A stretch of DNA of 64,000 nucleotides from Anaerobutyricum hallii (GCF_900209925.1 NZ_LT907978.1:863219-927218), one strand, 5' to 3'. Counted from the first letter of the stretch, positions 36,961 through 47,009 are shown. Made by a program: numbers and translations. The notes: a model not told the origin generated them from the sequence alone.

Positions 36961-37031
36961 GCGGGTGTAGTTCAATGGTAGAACACTAGCCTTCCAAGCT
37001 AGATACGTGGGTTCGATTCCCATCACCCGCT
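36961..37031 (+). tRNA. tRNA-Gly(TCC), second identical copy
   Basis: Identical in sequence to 36346-36416. Confidence 0.85.
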
Positions 37032-37075
37032 TTCTTTTTTCGCCTACGAAAAAAGATAATTGAATTACAGGATAT

Positions 37076-37155
37076 GCGGATATGGCGGAACTGGCAGACG
37101 CGCTAGACTTAGGATCTAGTTCTTCGGAGTGCAGGTTCGATTCCTGTTATCCGCA
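37076..37155 (+). tRNA. tRNA-Leu(TAG)
   Basis: Anticodon loop CTTAGGA. Extended variable arm TTCTTCGGAGT. T-loop TTCGATT. Confidence 0.75.
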
Positions 37156-37159
37156 TAGT

Positions 37160-37207
37160 AAAAGCCGGAGGGCCGCTATTTTAGTAGGTTTCCGGCTTTT
37201 ATTTTTG
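37160..37207 (+). terminator. intrinsic terminator of the tRNA operon
   Basis: AAAGCCGGA..TCCGGCTTT followed by TATTTTTG. Confidence 0.75.
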
Positions 37208-37313
37208 GGTAGTGGTAATAAAATGGTAATATTTTATTTATAAAGTTTCTATAAAGTGGTCAAATTCCTTTTTTATAGGCGGTTAGCAGTATGGGAATGG
37301 GTGAAATGCCTGT

Positions 37314-37456
37314 TTGACAATAGGAGCGGCATAGAATATAATATACTTAACAAGACAACTGGGAAAGATGGGCGCACTCCATCTGACCCGGGCAAGTTAA
37401 TAGACTATTGAAATAGCCGTCCTAAACTTTAATAGAGAACAGGACGGCTATTTTTT
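37314..37456 (+). ncRNA. candidate small RNA (about 107 nt) with its own consensus promoter and intrinsic terminator
   Basis: TTGACA-17-TATAAT at 37314-37342. The terminator ATAGCCGTCCT..AGGACGGCTAT followed by TTTTTT ends at 37456. No ORF with an RBS lies inside. Confidence 0.45.
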
Positions 37457-37595
37457 ATGTAAATTAGTATTGAGGGCTGAAAAATTCACAACAAATGTTA
37501 CGGAAAAGTTTCCAAAGTGTTAAATTTTACTATAGAAAAAAATGATTGTCGGTGTTATAATCAGATGCAAATATTTGATACAAAGAGGTATTGAG

Positions 37596-38744
37596 ATGAG
37601 TGAAGCAGTGAGCAGAAACACAAAGCGCATTTATAAGTGGGACAATCTGAAGTGTTTTTTAATTGTTATGGTTGTTATAGGACATTTTGTGAATCAGTAT
37701 GCACCAATATCGAATACAATGAAAAGCCTTTCTCTTTTTATTTATTCCTTCCATATGCCGCTTTTTATTTTTTTGTCAGGATTATTACAGAAGAAGTGGG
37801 GTGCAAGGCATCCGTTTCGATGGGATAAGCCTATATATTATATTATGATTGGTTACACGTTGAAGTTTTGCATTTATGGAATTAAGTTATTATTTCATCA
37901 GGAAGCGGTATTTCAGTGGTTTGAAGATACAGGAATTCCATGGTATATGTTTGCCATGGCTGCTTTTATGCTTATGACATATTTGCTGCGTGAATTACCG
38001 CTGTGGTTTGTTATGCCGATCAGTATTATGATTGCATGTCTTGCTGGATATGATACGAATATTGGAAGCTTTCTTTATCTTTCAAGGATTATTGTATTTT
38101 TTCCTTTTTATTATGTGGGATATCATTTGGATATAAAGAAAGTGCAGGAGGTTTTAGATAAACTGTGGATTAAGTGTCTTTCTGCTATTTTTCTTACGGA
38201 TATGATTTTATATACGTTAGCGAGAATCGAAGATAAGTATTCTTATATACGTCTTTTTACGGGAAGGAATGCGTATGAATTTATTAATGTAGAAGATTGT
38301 GGGGCAGTGCATCGTCTGGTATTCTATATGATTGCCTTTCTTATGGGAATTGCGATTATAAGCCTTGTGCCAAATCGTAAGATTCCGGTTATAGGAACAG
38401 TAGGTAAAAGAACGTTGCAGATTTATTTCTGGCATCGATTAGTGTTATATATACTTACATTTTCTGGTATGACAGATGAGCTTATTAAAAAGGTTCCATC
38501 TGGCTGGATATGGATTTATCTTGCGATTGCGGTGGTGCTTCCGTTTGTATTATCATTAAAAATTTTTGGCGTACCACTTACGTTTCTTAAAAACAGTGAG
38601 CATATCATGCTGACTGGAATAAACAGAGTTGCTGTGAATCTGTATAAATGGAAAGAGAGTACCCTTACGGTACTCCCTGTGTTAGAATTCGTTACAATTG
38701 TATTAATGCTGATTTATTATGGTGAGGATGTCGGCATCCTGTAG
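37596..38744 (+). CDS. acyltransferase family 3 membrane protein (OatA-like O-acyltransferase)
   Basis: About 10 transmembrane helices and an N-terminal WDNLKCFLIVMVVIGHF motif. RBS AGAGG before the ATG at 37596. Confidence 0.75.
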   Translation: MSEAVSRNTKRIYKWDNLKCFLIVMVVIGHFVNQYAPISNTMKSLSLFIYSFHMPLFIFLSGLLQKKWGARHPFRWDKPIYYIMIGYTLKFCIYGIKLLFHQEAVFQWFEDTGIPWYMFAMAAFMLMTYLLRELPLWFVMPISIMIACLAGYDTNIGSFLYLSRIIVFFPFYYVGYHLDIKKVQEVLDKLWIKCLSAIFLTDMILYTLARIEDKYSYIRLFTGRNAYEFINVEDCGAVHRLVFYMIAFLMGIAIISLVPNRKIPVIGTVGKRTLQIYFWHRLVLYILTFSGMTDELIKKVPSGWIWIYLAIAVVLPFVLSLKIFGVPLTFLKNSEHIMLTGINRVAVNLYKWKESTLTVLPVLEFVTIVLMLIYYGEDVGIL

Positions 38745-38963
38745 CACCTTTAACAGTTTTTGACAGAATGGAACTCCGAGCTGCGCGCACATTCTGTCGT
38801 AATGAAGAAATTTAATCTGTAAACGATCTGGATGTTCTGTTAAAATATCATATAGAGCATCCAGATTATTTCCAAAATATTCTGGAACATTCAGTTCAGT
38901 TTTTATGTTCGCATAAAAATCTTCTTTCTTTTTTATGGATAATCCATCGATTGTGATTGTCAT
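38703..38963 (-). CDS. barstar-family RNase inhibitor (immunity protein)
   Basis: 86 aa with a barstar-like pattern (DALYDILTEHP..). The start overlaps the RNase stop by 4 nt (ATGA). Confidence 0.75.
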   Translation of the reverse strand: MTITIDGLSIKKKEDFYANIKTELNVPEYFGNNLDALYDILTEHPDRLQIKFLHYDRMCAQLGVPFCQKLLKVLQDADILTIINQH

Positions 38964-39550
38964 TGTATATCATCCCCATAAAGTAAAGTAAAAGTTTCAT
39001 AGTGATCATCTGTATAATAAATCTGACCGTCATCTGAGTAGATAATTCGTTTAGCTCCGCGGCTTTTTGCATTCAAAGTGTCGATATCGCACTCGTGGTA
39101 GGTTCTTCCAGAGACAACTGGTAATCGTTGTTCATAATTGCCGAAATAATCTCCACCGATACATTTGCCTGGAGCATAAGGTTCTAAGCTTCCGCCAGAC
39201 CAGCCCAGTTTTTTTGCTTCTTTTTTTGTAATGAAATTCGTCGGAAGCTGTCTGTACTGGATAAGGTAGTTTGTCACATCTTCTTTAGATGTGTAGCTGC
39301 CGTTTTTGTTAAGATAATCATCCGTTTCATCGATTTGTTTCTTTTTAGAAGAAGCAGTGCCTGCATTGTCCGACTGTGAGGTGTCCGAAGTGTTTTTATC
39401 GGAATTATTAGTAATTGTTGAAGTGTATGTTCTGGTTTCTGTAGTGCTTTCTACATTAAAAGAGGAGTTACATCCGCTGATCGGAAGAACGACAAGTAAT
39501 AATGTAGAAAGGATGGATAGAAAATACCATAATTTCTTTTTGAAATGCAT
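38960..39550 (-). CDS. secreted barnase-family guanyl-specific ribonuclease, lipoprotein
   Basis: C-terminal KCIGGDYFGNYEQRLPVVSGRTYHECDIDT...RIIYSDDGQIYYTDDHYETFTLL aligns with the barnase catalytic domain. Signal peptide with an ISGC lipobox. RBS GGGAGG. Confidence 0.8.
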   Translation of the reverse strand: MHFKKKLWYFLSILSTLLLVVLPISGCNSSFNVESTTETRTYTSTITNNSDKNTSDTSQSDNAGTASSKKKQIDETDDYLNKNGSYTSKEDVTNYLIQYRQLPTNFITKKEAKKLGWSGGSLEPYAPGKCIGGDYFGNYEQRLPVVSGRTYHECDIDTLNAKSRGAKRIIYSDDGQIYYTDDHYETFTLLYGDDIQ

Positions 39551-39884
39551 TAAAATTCCTCCCTGCATTGTGATGATGTACTCTCGGAGTCTTTCTTATA
39601 CTTGAGTTTATGGCTGATTTTCCGCCAGTTGCACCCGAATTTCATCAACGTACGCACCGCGTACGCCTCAAAAATTTGGATACAACTGACAAAAAAACTT
39701 CTCACAAAATCAAGCACAAAAAGATTCCGAGAGTACATTGTGTAATTTTAAATTTATATTCCTTCTGAAATTAGTATAACAAAAAGGAAAGAGGCAGTAA
39801 AGAAGCTGTAGAAAAATTTGTTTACGCAAATTTTCGCTTCCCTACTGCCTTTTTAGCAGAATATAAAAAAATGATAGAGTACGG

Positions 39885-40085
39885 TTACATGTCGCGTCCG
39901 ATTCGACCAAATAAGGTAAGTAAATATAAACCGGACAGGCCGACAAGATCATAGATAAGACGGGAAAACCAGCTATTTTCTCCAAAAAAGAATGAGACAA
40001 GATTAAATTGGAATATGCCGATTAATCCCCAGGTAATCGCGCCAATAATAGCTAAAGTTAGAGCGGTATAATCAATCCACTTCAT
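39885..40085 (-). CDS. DUF378 small membrane protein
   Basis: Two transmembrane helices; 66 aa; typical DUF378 pattern. Confidence 0.6.
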   Translation of the reverse strand: MKWIDYTALTLAIIGAITWGLIGIFQFNLVSFFFGENSWFSRLIYDLVGLSGLYLLTLFGRIGRDM

Positions 40086-40286
40086 AAATAAATACTCCTT
40101 TCTGTGTTGGTTTTATCAGTATAACCATTTTCTATAAAATTATAAAAAGCGGAATAAATAAATTATATTTTTTGAAAAAGTGCAGATAATATTTATAAAA
40201 CGATATGTACTCTCGGAATCTTTTTGTAAAGGCAAGTATATCAGATGCGCGGAAGAAGTATGTCATGCATTTCATGACGTGCAGCT

Positions 40287-40316
40287 TGCAGCAAGAATGC
40301 CGGGGCATTCTTGAAT
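40287..40316. repeat. short palindrome family (TGCAGCAAGAATGCCGGGGCATTCTTGAAT)
   Basis: Perfect inverted repeat CAAGAATGCC/GGCATTCTTG. Related copies lie at 35151, 55994, 30591 and 40848. Confidence 0.6.
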
Positions 40317-40358
40317 GAAGAATCAGAGACTACATTAATAAAGAAAGGAGTTTTATTG

Positions 40359-40844
40359 ATGAAAAAATCAAAAATGTATGTGGTAATGTTACTGGCGGTA
40401 ATGGTTGTGTGTGCTCTTGTCGGCTGTGGAATGAAAAATTCAAATGGAGAGGATATGGAAGCAACAACTGGATGGAGTGTGGAAGATCCTGATAATACAA
40501 AGGAAAATAATAAAGCGACAGAAGATACAAATGATACAGAGGATACAGGAGATACAGGAGATGGCATTATGGGTCATTTAGGGGCAGGCACTTTTGATAC
40601 GTATGAAGATGCTAAAAATTATCTGAAGGATAAACTAGAAACAGATCATCAGGATATTTCGTACGAATTTCGTGAGGAAAATGAGAAACTTACTGCTTAT
40701 AACAGTGAAAATCCAGGAGCAGAAGGATATGAGTTCCACGTATATGAAGCTGATGGTGGGAAAAAAACAGGGGATTATTACGTAGATAAAGATACTGGTA
40801 AAGTATATCTTTATACAGAAGATAATAAGATTACGGAGTATTAA
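40359..40844 (+). CDS. hypothetical lipoprotein
   Basis: RBS AAAGGAG before the ATG at 40359. Signal peptide with an LVGC lipobox. Confidence 0.6.
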   Translation: MKKSKMYVVMLLAVMVVCALVGCGMKNSNGEDMEATTGWSVEDPDNTKENNKATEDTNDTEDTGDTGDGIMGHLGAGTFDTYEDAKNYLKDKLETDHQDISYEFREENEKLTAYNSENPGAEGYEFHVYEADGGKKTGDYYVDKDTGKVYLYTEDNKITEY

Positions 40845-41034
40845 AATTTAAGAATATCTGGGCATTCTTGAAAAGATGACAGATTGGAACAAGATGTAAA
40901 ACAATGTTCCAATCTGTCATAGAATAAAATAAATAGAAAAAAATAGAAAAAATACTGGAAAAATATTACAAAATATGCTATGATATTTCCATAATAAATA
41001 AAAAAACATATATTATGGAAAGTGAGGAATAAAG

Positions 41035-41937
41035 ATGACATTTGACATGTTTCAGGAATACATAGAGGAGCATATTTTAGAAGGCTGGAAAAGTGATGTG
41101 GAATTAGATGTTGCTATGGTAACGAAGAACAATGGGGTACAGTTAAGAGGACTGTATATTAAGAGTAAGGAGATGAATGTTTCTCCGGCAATCTATCTGG
41201 ATGAGTATTATAGTTATTATTTAAAAGGGGAGAGTCTGGAAGAGATTATTCGCAGAATTCGAGAAGAATATGAATGGAAGATTTCACGAGTTGCGGATTA
41301 TCATTTTAAGTTGGAGAAGTTTGAGTATGTAAAGGACAGAATTATTTATCGGCTTGTGAATTATAAGAAGAATGAAGAGATTTTAGAAGATTGTCCTTAT
41401 TTAAAGTTGTATGATCTCGCGCTGACATTTCGCTGGGTGGCACATAGTGATGATATAGGGATTTCTACAGCGCTTGTAACGAATCAGGAGATGGAAGCGT
41501 GGGGGATTTCTATGAACGAGCTTTTGTTAGCGGCAAGAGAGAATACACCGAGATTATTTCCGGCACAGATGGTGGATATGGATGAGATGATTCAGAGAGC
41601 AGGGGTTTGTATGCCAATGGATCGTTCGGCGATCCCTATGTATATTATGACGAACAGACAGGAAGTGAATGGGGCTTCTGTACTGTTATATGATGATGTA
41701 TTGCAGACATTTGCCTTGAAAAAGAAGACAGATTTTTATATTCTGCCGAGCAGTATCCATGAAGTGATTCTGGTGCCGTCAGATAGAATTGATAATCCAT
41801 CAGATCTTTTTACTATGGTAGAGGATGCAAATAGAACAGTAGTTGCCCTAGGAGATATATTATCAGATTCTGTATATTATTATAATAGAGAAAAGAATCA
41901 GATTGTACCAGTTACAGAGGAAAAGAGAATTGTGTAG
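41035..41937 (+). CDS. hypothetical protein (DUF5688-like)
   Basis: 300 aa with an RBS. No catalytic motif recognised. Confidence 0.55.
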   Translation: MTFDMFQEYIEEHILEGWKSDVELDVAMVTKNNGVQLRGLYIKSKEMNVSPAIYLDEYYSYYLKGESLEEIIRRIREEYEWKISRVADYHFKLEKFEYVKDRIIYRLVNYKKNEEILEDCPYLKLYDLALTFRWVAHSDDIGISTALVTNQEMEAWGISMNELLLAARENTPRLFPAQMVDMDEMIQRAGVCMPMDRSAIPMYIMTNRQEVNGASVLLYDDVLQTFALKKKTDFYILPSSIHEVILVPSDRIDNPSDLFTMVEDANRTVVALGDILSDSVYYYNREKNQIVPVTEEKRIV

Positions 41938-42063
41938 AATTTCATAATATATTTGTGCAAGTCTTTCAAAATTCTGTTGATGAAAGCATCTGGTTGAAAA
42001 TATAAAGGGCTGTGCTATACTTGTAGTTACATTTATTTTGTTTAGAGAGCAGGTGACATCAAA

Positions 42064-43200
42064 GTGAAGAAATGGAAGATATTGTTGAATATTATTATGG
42101 AATTGCTTGTGTTTTTTGGTATGGCAATGATTTTGATTTTTGGAATTCCAAAGTTGATGGGGTTTTTCTGGCCATTTGTAGCCAGTTGGATATTGGCGTT
42201 ACTAGCCACACCGTTATGTAATTTCCTGGAAAAGCATATTAAGCTGAATAAAAAGTGGTCTTCGGCTGTAATTATTATTTTGGTTTTGGTGCTGATTGCA
42301 GGGTTAGGATATATTGCGATAACGAAGCTTGGAAGGGAGTTAATGGAACTTTTTTCTGGAGCGCCGGCATATTATGGATATGTGAAGACGACCATAAAGC
42401 TGTTGAGTAAGAACCTTACAGATATAGTTTCTCCAATTTCGGCTGATTTTGGTAATCAGATACAGGTCTTTTTTAATAATCTTCTTAGCCAGATGGGCGG
42501 AGTGATTAATAAGTTTGCTCCAAAAGGAGTGGAGATGATGGGAACAGCAGCGGCAGATCTGACGAATGGATTTATCGGAACGATTGTGATGATTATTTCA
42601 GCATATTTTTTTATTGCGGATAGAGAGAGACTGGGGGAATTTTTCTGGAAGGTAGTTCCGGAAGATATTGGACAGACGGCAAGGGATATTAAGGATAAAG
42701 TTTTTGCTGCTCTGGGTGGATTTTTCGTAGCGCAGGTTAAAATAATGTGTATTGTTTTTGTGATTTTACTGATAGGATTTTTAATTATTGGTAACCCATA
42801 TGCGCTTTTACTTGCGTTAGTAATTTCCATTGTGGACCTGCTGCCTATTTTAGGGACGGGAACGATATTGATACCATGGACTCTTATCTGTTTTTTACAA
42901 AGAGATTATCGTCAGGCGATGTTCCTTATCATTTTATATGTTGTGTGTCTGGTTGCAAGACAGTTCCTGCAGCCAAAGATGATAGCTGATAGCGTGGGAC
43001 TAGATTCAATGACGACGCTTGTATTAATTTACAGTGGGTATAAGTTGGACGGGATGAAGGGAATGATTCTGGCGTTACTTATGGGGGTTGTTATTATCAC
43101 ATTATATAAACTGGGATTATTTGACCGAAAGATTCAGAGGATGAACAGACTGTTGTATGAATACAGACATTGTGAAGATAATATTACTCGAAAAATGTAA
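42064..43200 (+). CDS. AI-2E family transporter (YtvI-like sporulation membrane protein)
   Basis: Eight transmembrane helices and the AI-2E/PerM signature. GTG start at 42064. Confidence 0.7.
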   Translation: MKKWKILLNIIMELLVFFGMAMILIFGIPKLMGFFWPFVASWILALLATPLCNFLEKHIKLNKKWSSAVIIILVLVLIAGLGYIAITKLGRELMELFSGAPAYYGYVKTTIKLLSKNLTDIVSPISADFGNQIQVFFNNLLSQMGGVINKFAPKGVEMMGTAAADLTNGFIGTIVMIISAYFFIADRERLGEFFWKVVPEDIGQTARDIKDKVFAALGGFFVAQVKIMCIVFVILLIGFLIIGNPYALLLALVISIVDLLPILGTGTILIPWTLICFLQRDYRQAMFLIILYVVCLVARQFLQPKMIADSVGLDSMTTLVLIYSGYKLDGMKGMILALLMGVVIITLYKLGLFDRKIQRMNRLLYEYRHCEDNITRKM

Positions 43201-43337
43201 AATATGATAAAAATTCAGATAATTATGTAGAATAATTATAATTATCTGAAAATATATTGACTTGTATCTAGCATTGTGCTAAAATAATGCTATCCTGACC
43301 GGGAGAAGGCAGGTAGTTTGATAATGGAGGTATTCCG

Positions 43338-43538
43338 ATGTTTAAGGGAAGAGTGAAGTGGTTTAACAATCAGAAGGGGTATGGGTTTATACAGGATGAG
43401 AGTGGCAAAGATATCTTTGTACATTATACAGGACTGAATATGCCAGGCTTTAAATCATTAGAAGAAGGGAATGAAGTAGAGTTTGATATTGTTCAGGGAG
43501 AGAAAGGACCGCAGGCTTCAAATGTTGTGAGGCTTTAA
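43338..43538 (+). CDS. cold-shock protein (CspA family)
   Basis: [15 protein letters not shown]1 motif and VHYTG RNP2 motif; 66 aa. Confidence 0.9.
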   Translation: MFKGRVKWFNNQKGYGFIQDESGKDIFVHYTGLNMPGFKSLEEGNEVEFDIVQGEKGPQASNVVRL

Positions 43539-43552
43539 AAATACATGGGATG

Positions 43553-43590
43553 ATGCCGTTGCAGTAATTGATTTGCAACGGCTTTTTTTG
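43553..43590 (+). terminator. intrinsic terminator after the cold-shock gene
   Basis: GCCGTTGCA..TGCAACGGC followed by TTTTTTT. Confidence 0.8.
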
Positions 43591-43639
43591 TATAATAAAC
43601 AAAGAATAGAAGATGAATATAAAATAGAAACTTGAGGAA

Positions 43640-44284
43640 ATGATAATGAGACTTTATTTGATTCGACATGGAGAAACCGCACTGAATGCGAAGGGGTGTT
43701 ATTATGGAAGAACAGATGCCGTTCTTTCTGAAAAAGGGATTTCCCAGGCAAGATATTTAAAAGAAATCTTAAAAGAGGTTTCTTTTGATTATATAGTAGC
43801 AAGTCCATTAGTTCGTGCATATAATACAGCACAGATTGTGATGGAAGAGCGAGAGCAGGAGATCTTTGGTGATCGACGACTTATGGAACAGGATTTTGGT
43901 ATATTTGAGGGGATGACTTATAAAGAAATACAGAGTAATTATCCAAAAGAGTTAGATGCCTGGAATGAAGAATTTTCTACATACAGGATTCCAAAAGGAG
44001 AAAGTTTTGCAGATGTGCGCAGCAGGACAGAAGATTTTTTGAGGGATATTCCGTCAGGAAGAGAATCTAAGGGAGAAAAGATGCTTATTGCGGCACATAA
44101 GGGGACACTTGGACATCTTTTGGCGGCGATGCTGAAGTTACCGCTGGATGGATACTGGAACTTTGTATTTGAACAGGGATGTTATAGTGTAGTTGATCTG
44201 GAAGATGGCTATGCAATTATACGAAAGTTAAATGCAAGCATTTTGGTTGAAGGAGAACCGGCATCCGTAAAAAGTGTGAAATAA
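43640..44284 (+). CDS. histidine phosphatase family protein (phosphoglycerate mutase/CobC-like)
   Basis: LIRHGET catalytic RHG motif; 214 aa. Confidence 0.75.
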   Translation: MIMRLYLIRHGETALNAKGCYYGRTDAVLSEKGISQARYLKEILKEVSFDYIVASPLVRAYNTAQIVMEEREQEIFGDRRLMEQDFGIFEGMTYKEIQSNYPKELDAWNEEFSTYRIPKGESFADVRSRTEDFLRDIPSGRESKGEKMLIAAHKGTLGHLLAAMLKLPLDGYWNFVFEQGCYSVVDLEDGYAIIRKLNASILVEGEPASVKSVK

Positions 44285-44371
44285 CAAGGGTAGAAAAAGC
44301 AGAGACAGGACAAGTGATTGTGTAACTAGAGAAGACAACAAGGAAGGGAATAAATAAACAGAGGCAAAAGA

Positions 44372-45694
44372 ATGGACTTATTTGAATATATGAGTATGCA
44401 GAGGAAAAAGGAAGAATCGCCTCTTGCGGTGAGAATGCGTCCTAAAAATCTTGATGAAGTTGTAGGACAGCAGCATATTATAGGAAAAGATAAACTTTTA
44501 TATCGTGCGATCAAGGCGGATAAGATTAGCTCGCTGATTTTTTATGGTCCTCCTGGAACAGGAAAGACAACATTAGCAAAAGTAATCGCGAATACGACGA
44601 GTGCAGATTTTGTGCAGATGAATGCAACTACTTCGGGTAAGAAGGATATGGAACAGGCAGTATCTCAGGCTAAAGATGCATTTGGTATGTATGGTAAGAA
44701 AACGATATTGTTTATTGACGAGATTCATCGTTTTAATAAGGCACAGCAGGATTATCTGTTGCCGTTTGTGGAAGATGGTACGGTCATTTTGATTGGAGCA
44801 ACAACAGAGAATCCGTATTTTGAAGTGAATAGCGCCCTGCTTTCCCGTTCCCAGATTTTTCATCTGGAACCATTGTCACAGAAAGATATTTGTAAATTAG
44901 TGAAAACTGCAGTGGAAGATAATGAAAGAGGGATGGGAGCATATGGTGCGGAAATCACAGAGGAAGCAGCACAGTTTATTGCGCAGATGGCAGGGGGAGA
45001 TGCAAGAAGAGCGCTTAATGCAGTAGAGCTTGGTATATTGACTACAGAGCCGGATGAGAATGGAAGGACATTAATTGACTTGACAGCAGCGGAAGAATGT
45101 ATTCAAAGAAAAGCAGTGAACTATGACAGGGATGGCGATAATCATTACGATACAATTTCTGCATTTATAAAAAGTATGAGAGGAACAGATCCGGATGCAG
45201 CTGTGTTTTATCTGGCACGCATGCTTGATGCAGGCGAAGATCCAAAGTTTATTGCCCGGAGAATCATGATATGCGCCTCAGAAGATGTGGGCAATGCAGA
45301 TCCGCAGGCGTTAGTAGTTGCAGTAGCAGCTTCTCAGGGAGTCGAGAGGATTGGTATGCCGGAAGCTAGAATTTTGTTGTCGCAGGCGGCAGCCTATGTG
45401 GCAAGTGCACCAAAAAGTAATGCGTGTATCATGGCGGTAGATAAGGCGTTATCTATGGTACGGAGCCAGAATACAGGGCAGGTTCCTCCGTATTTAAGAG
45501 ATGCTCATTACGGAGGAGCAAAAAAATTAGGACATGGAATTGGTTATAAATATGCGCATGATTATCCGGAAAACTATGTAAAACAACAGTATCTTCCAGA
45601 TGAGGTAAAAGAGGAACGATTTTATATTCCTACAGAAAATGGTTATGAGAATCATATAAAAGAGTACTTAAAACATTTAAGAGAGGATCGTTAA
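44372..45694 (+). CDS. rarA: replication-associated recombination protein A (AAA+ ATPase)
   Basis: GPPGTGKTT Walker A, the MgsA/RarA C-terminal domain, and an N-terminal MRPKNLDEVVGQ motif. Confidence 0.9.
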   Translation: MDLFEYMSMQRKKEESPLAVRMRPKNLDEVVGQQHIIGKDKLLYRAIKADKISSLIFYGPPGTGKTTLAKVIANTTSADFVQMNATTSGKKDMEQAVSQAKDAFGMYGKKTILFIDEIHRFNKAQQDYLLPFVEDGTVILIGATTENPYFEVNSALLSRSQIFHLEPLSQKDICKLVKTAVEDNERGMGAYGAEITEEAAQFIAQMAGGDARRALNAVELGILTTEPDENGRTLIDLTAAEECIQRKAVNYDRDGDNHYDTISAFIKSMRGTDPDAAVFYLARMLDAGEDPKFIARRIMICASEDVGNADPQALVVAVAASQGVERIGMPEARILLSQAAAYVASAPKSNACIMAVDKALSMVRSQNTGQVPPYLRDAHYGGAKKLGHGIGYKYAHDYPENYVKQQYLPDEVKEERFYIPTENGYENHIKEYLKHLREDR

Positions 45695-45706
45695 AAAAGA
45701 ATTGTT

Positions 45707-45904
45707 ATGAAAAAAGTAAAAAGAATAGCAGCATTGTTGATAGTAATCTTTTTGATCGCGATGGTTTTTGTTACATTATATTGTGCGATTACGGGGAGTC
45801 CATATTTTATGGCATCTTTGTTTACGATGCTTGCGTTACCGTTATTGATTTATGCATATATGTTTATCTATCGAATCGTAAAAGATAAAAACGAGAAAAA
45901 ATAA
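45707..45904 (+). CDS. small hydrophobic membrane protein (hypothetical)
   Basis: 65 aa with two predicted transmembrane helices. Weak RBS. Confidence 0.4.
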   Translation: MKKVKRIAALLIVIFLIAMVFVTLYCAITGSPYFMASLFTMLALPLLIYAYMFIYRIVKDKNEKK

Positions 45905-46113
45905 TCATTTTTTTCTTGACAATTATTTATTAATAAGATATTATATAAAAAGTAAGAGTTACTGTTATTGATTTAGCGGTAGTTATATCTTTTATGAGTT
46001 ACTATAATATAATGTTTCAGAATTACGGGAGTAGCGTTAGCTACGGAGTAATTCGTGACATCATGTAATAATGGGATTAATAAATATGATTTAATATAAG
46101 AAAGGGGTTTATT

Positions 46114-46656
46114 ATGCCAGAATTAAAAGGAACAAAAACAGAACAGAATTTAATGACAGCTTTTGCAGGAGAATCTCAGGCAAGAAACAAGTATTCTTAT
46201 TTTGCAAGTAAGGCAAAAAAAGAAGGATATGTTCAGATTGCAAATATTTTTGAAGAAACAGCTAATAATGAGAAAGAACATGCAAAGATGTGGTTTAAAC
46301 TCCTTGAAGGAGGAGCAATCCGCTCTACGATCGAGAATCTTCAGGCAGCAGCAGAAGGTGAGAACTATGAGTGGACAGATATGTATGCAACTTTTGCAAA
46401 AGAAGCAAGAGAAGAAGGTTTTGATGATATTGCGGAGAAGTTCGAAGGCGTTGGCGCCATTGAAAAGGAACATGAAGCAAGATATTTAAAACTTCTTGAT
46501 AATGTACAGAAAGAAATCGTTTTCTCCAGAGATGGCGATACGATTTGGCAGTGTGCAAACTGTGGACATATCTGTGTTGGAAAGAAAGCACCAGATGTAT
46601 GTCCGGTATGTGATCATCCACAGTCTTATTTCCAGATTAAAGCAGAGAATTTCTAG
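46114..46656 (+). CDS. rbr: rubrerythrin
   Basis: Ferritin-like diiron ExxH motifs plus a C-terminal rubredoxin CxxC...CxxC motif. Confidence 0.9.
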   Translation: MPELKGTKTEQNLMTAFAGESQARNKYSYFASKAKKEGYVQIANIFEETANNEKEHAKMWFKLLEGGAIRSTIENLQAAAEGENYEWTDMYATFAKEAREEGFDDIAEKFEGVGAIEKEHEARYLKLLDNVQKEIVFSRDGDTIWQCANCGHICVGKKAPDVCPVCDHPQSYFQIKAENF

Positions 46657-46668
46657 ATTTTATATAGA

Positions 46669-46740
46669 CGAAAAAAGAAACCATGCCCTATCCCATCTGC
46701 GACTAAAGAGCAGATGGGATAGGGCATGGTTTCTTTTTTT
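46669..46740. repeat. IR-B palindromic terminator-like repeat, copy 3 (short form without the inner hairpin)
   Basis: GAAAAAAGAAACCATGCCCTATCCCATCTGC-loop-GCAGATGGGATAGGGCATGGTTTCTTTTTTT. Starts 13 bp after the rbr stop codon. Confidence 0.85.
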
Positions 46741-46832
46741 CTGACCATCTTAAATCCACAGATCTGGAAATTTTCATTTTAATGAACAGCATAGACTTCT
46801 GGGCAATCCCATTATTACCCAAAAAAAATTTA

Positions 46833-47009
46833 AATACTAATTTCATCTGCAGCCAAAGAACAGAAAACCAGAAATTTAATAAAACAGAAAATGTGATGTC
46901 GGAGCGAGTAAAAATGCCGAGCAGGCATTTTCTACGCTGCGACTATCTTCACATTTTCTGTTTTATTAAATTTCTGGTTTTCGTTTCCTTAGCCTCATAA
47001 ATTAGTATT
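46833..47009. repeat. IR-A palindromic repeat, copy 6
   Basis: Arms AAAACCAGAAATTTAATAAAACAGAAAATGTGA and their exact reverse complement, with the core GTAAAAATGCCGAGCAGGCATTTTC. Confidence 0.85.
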
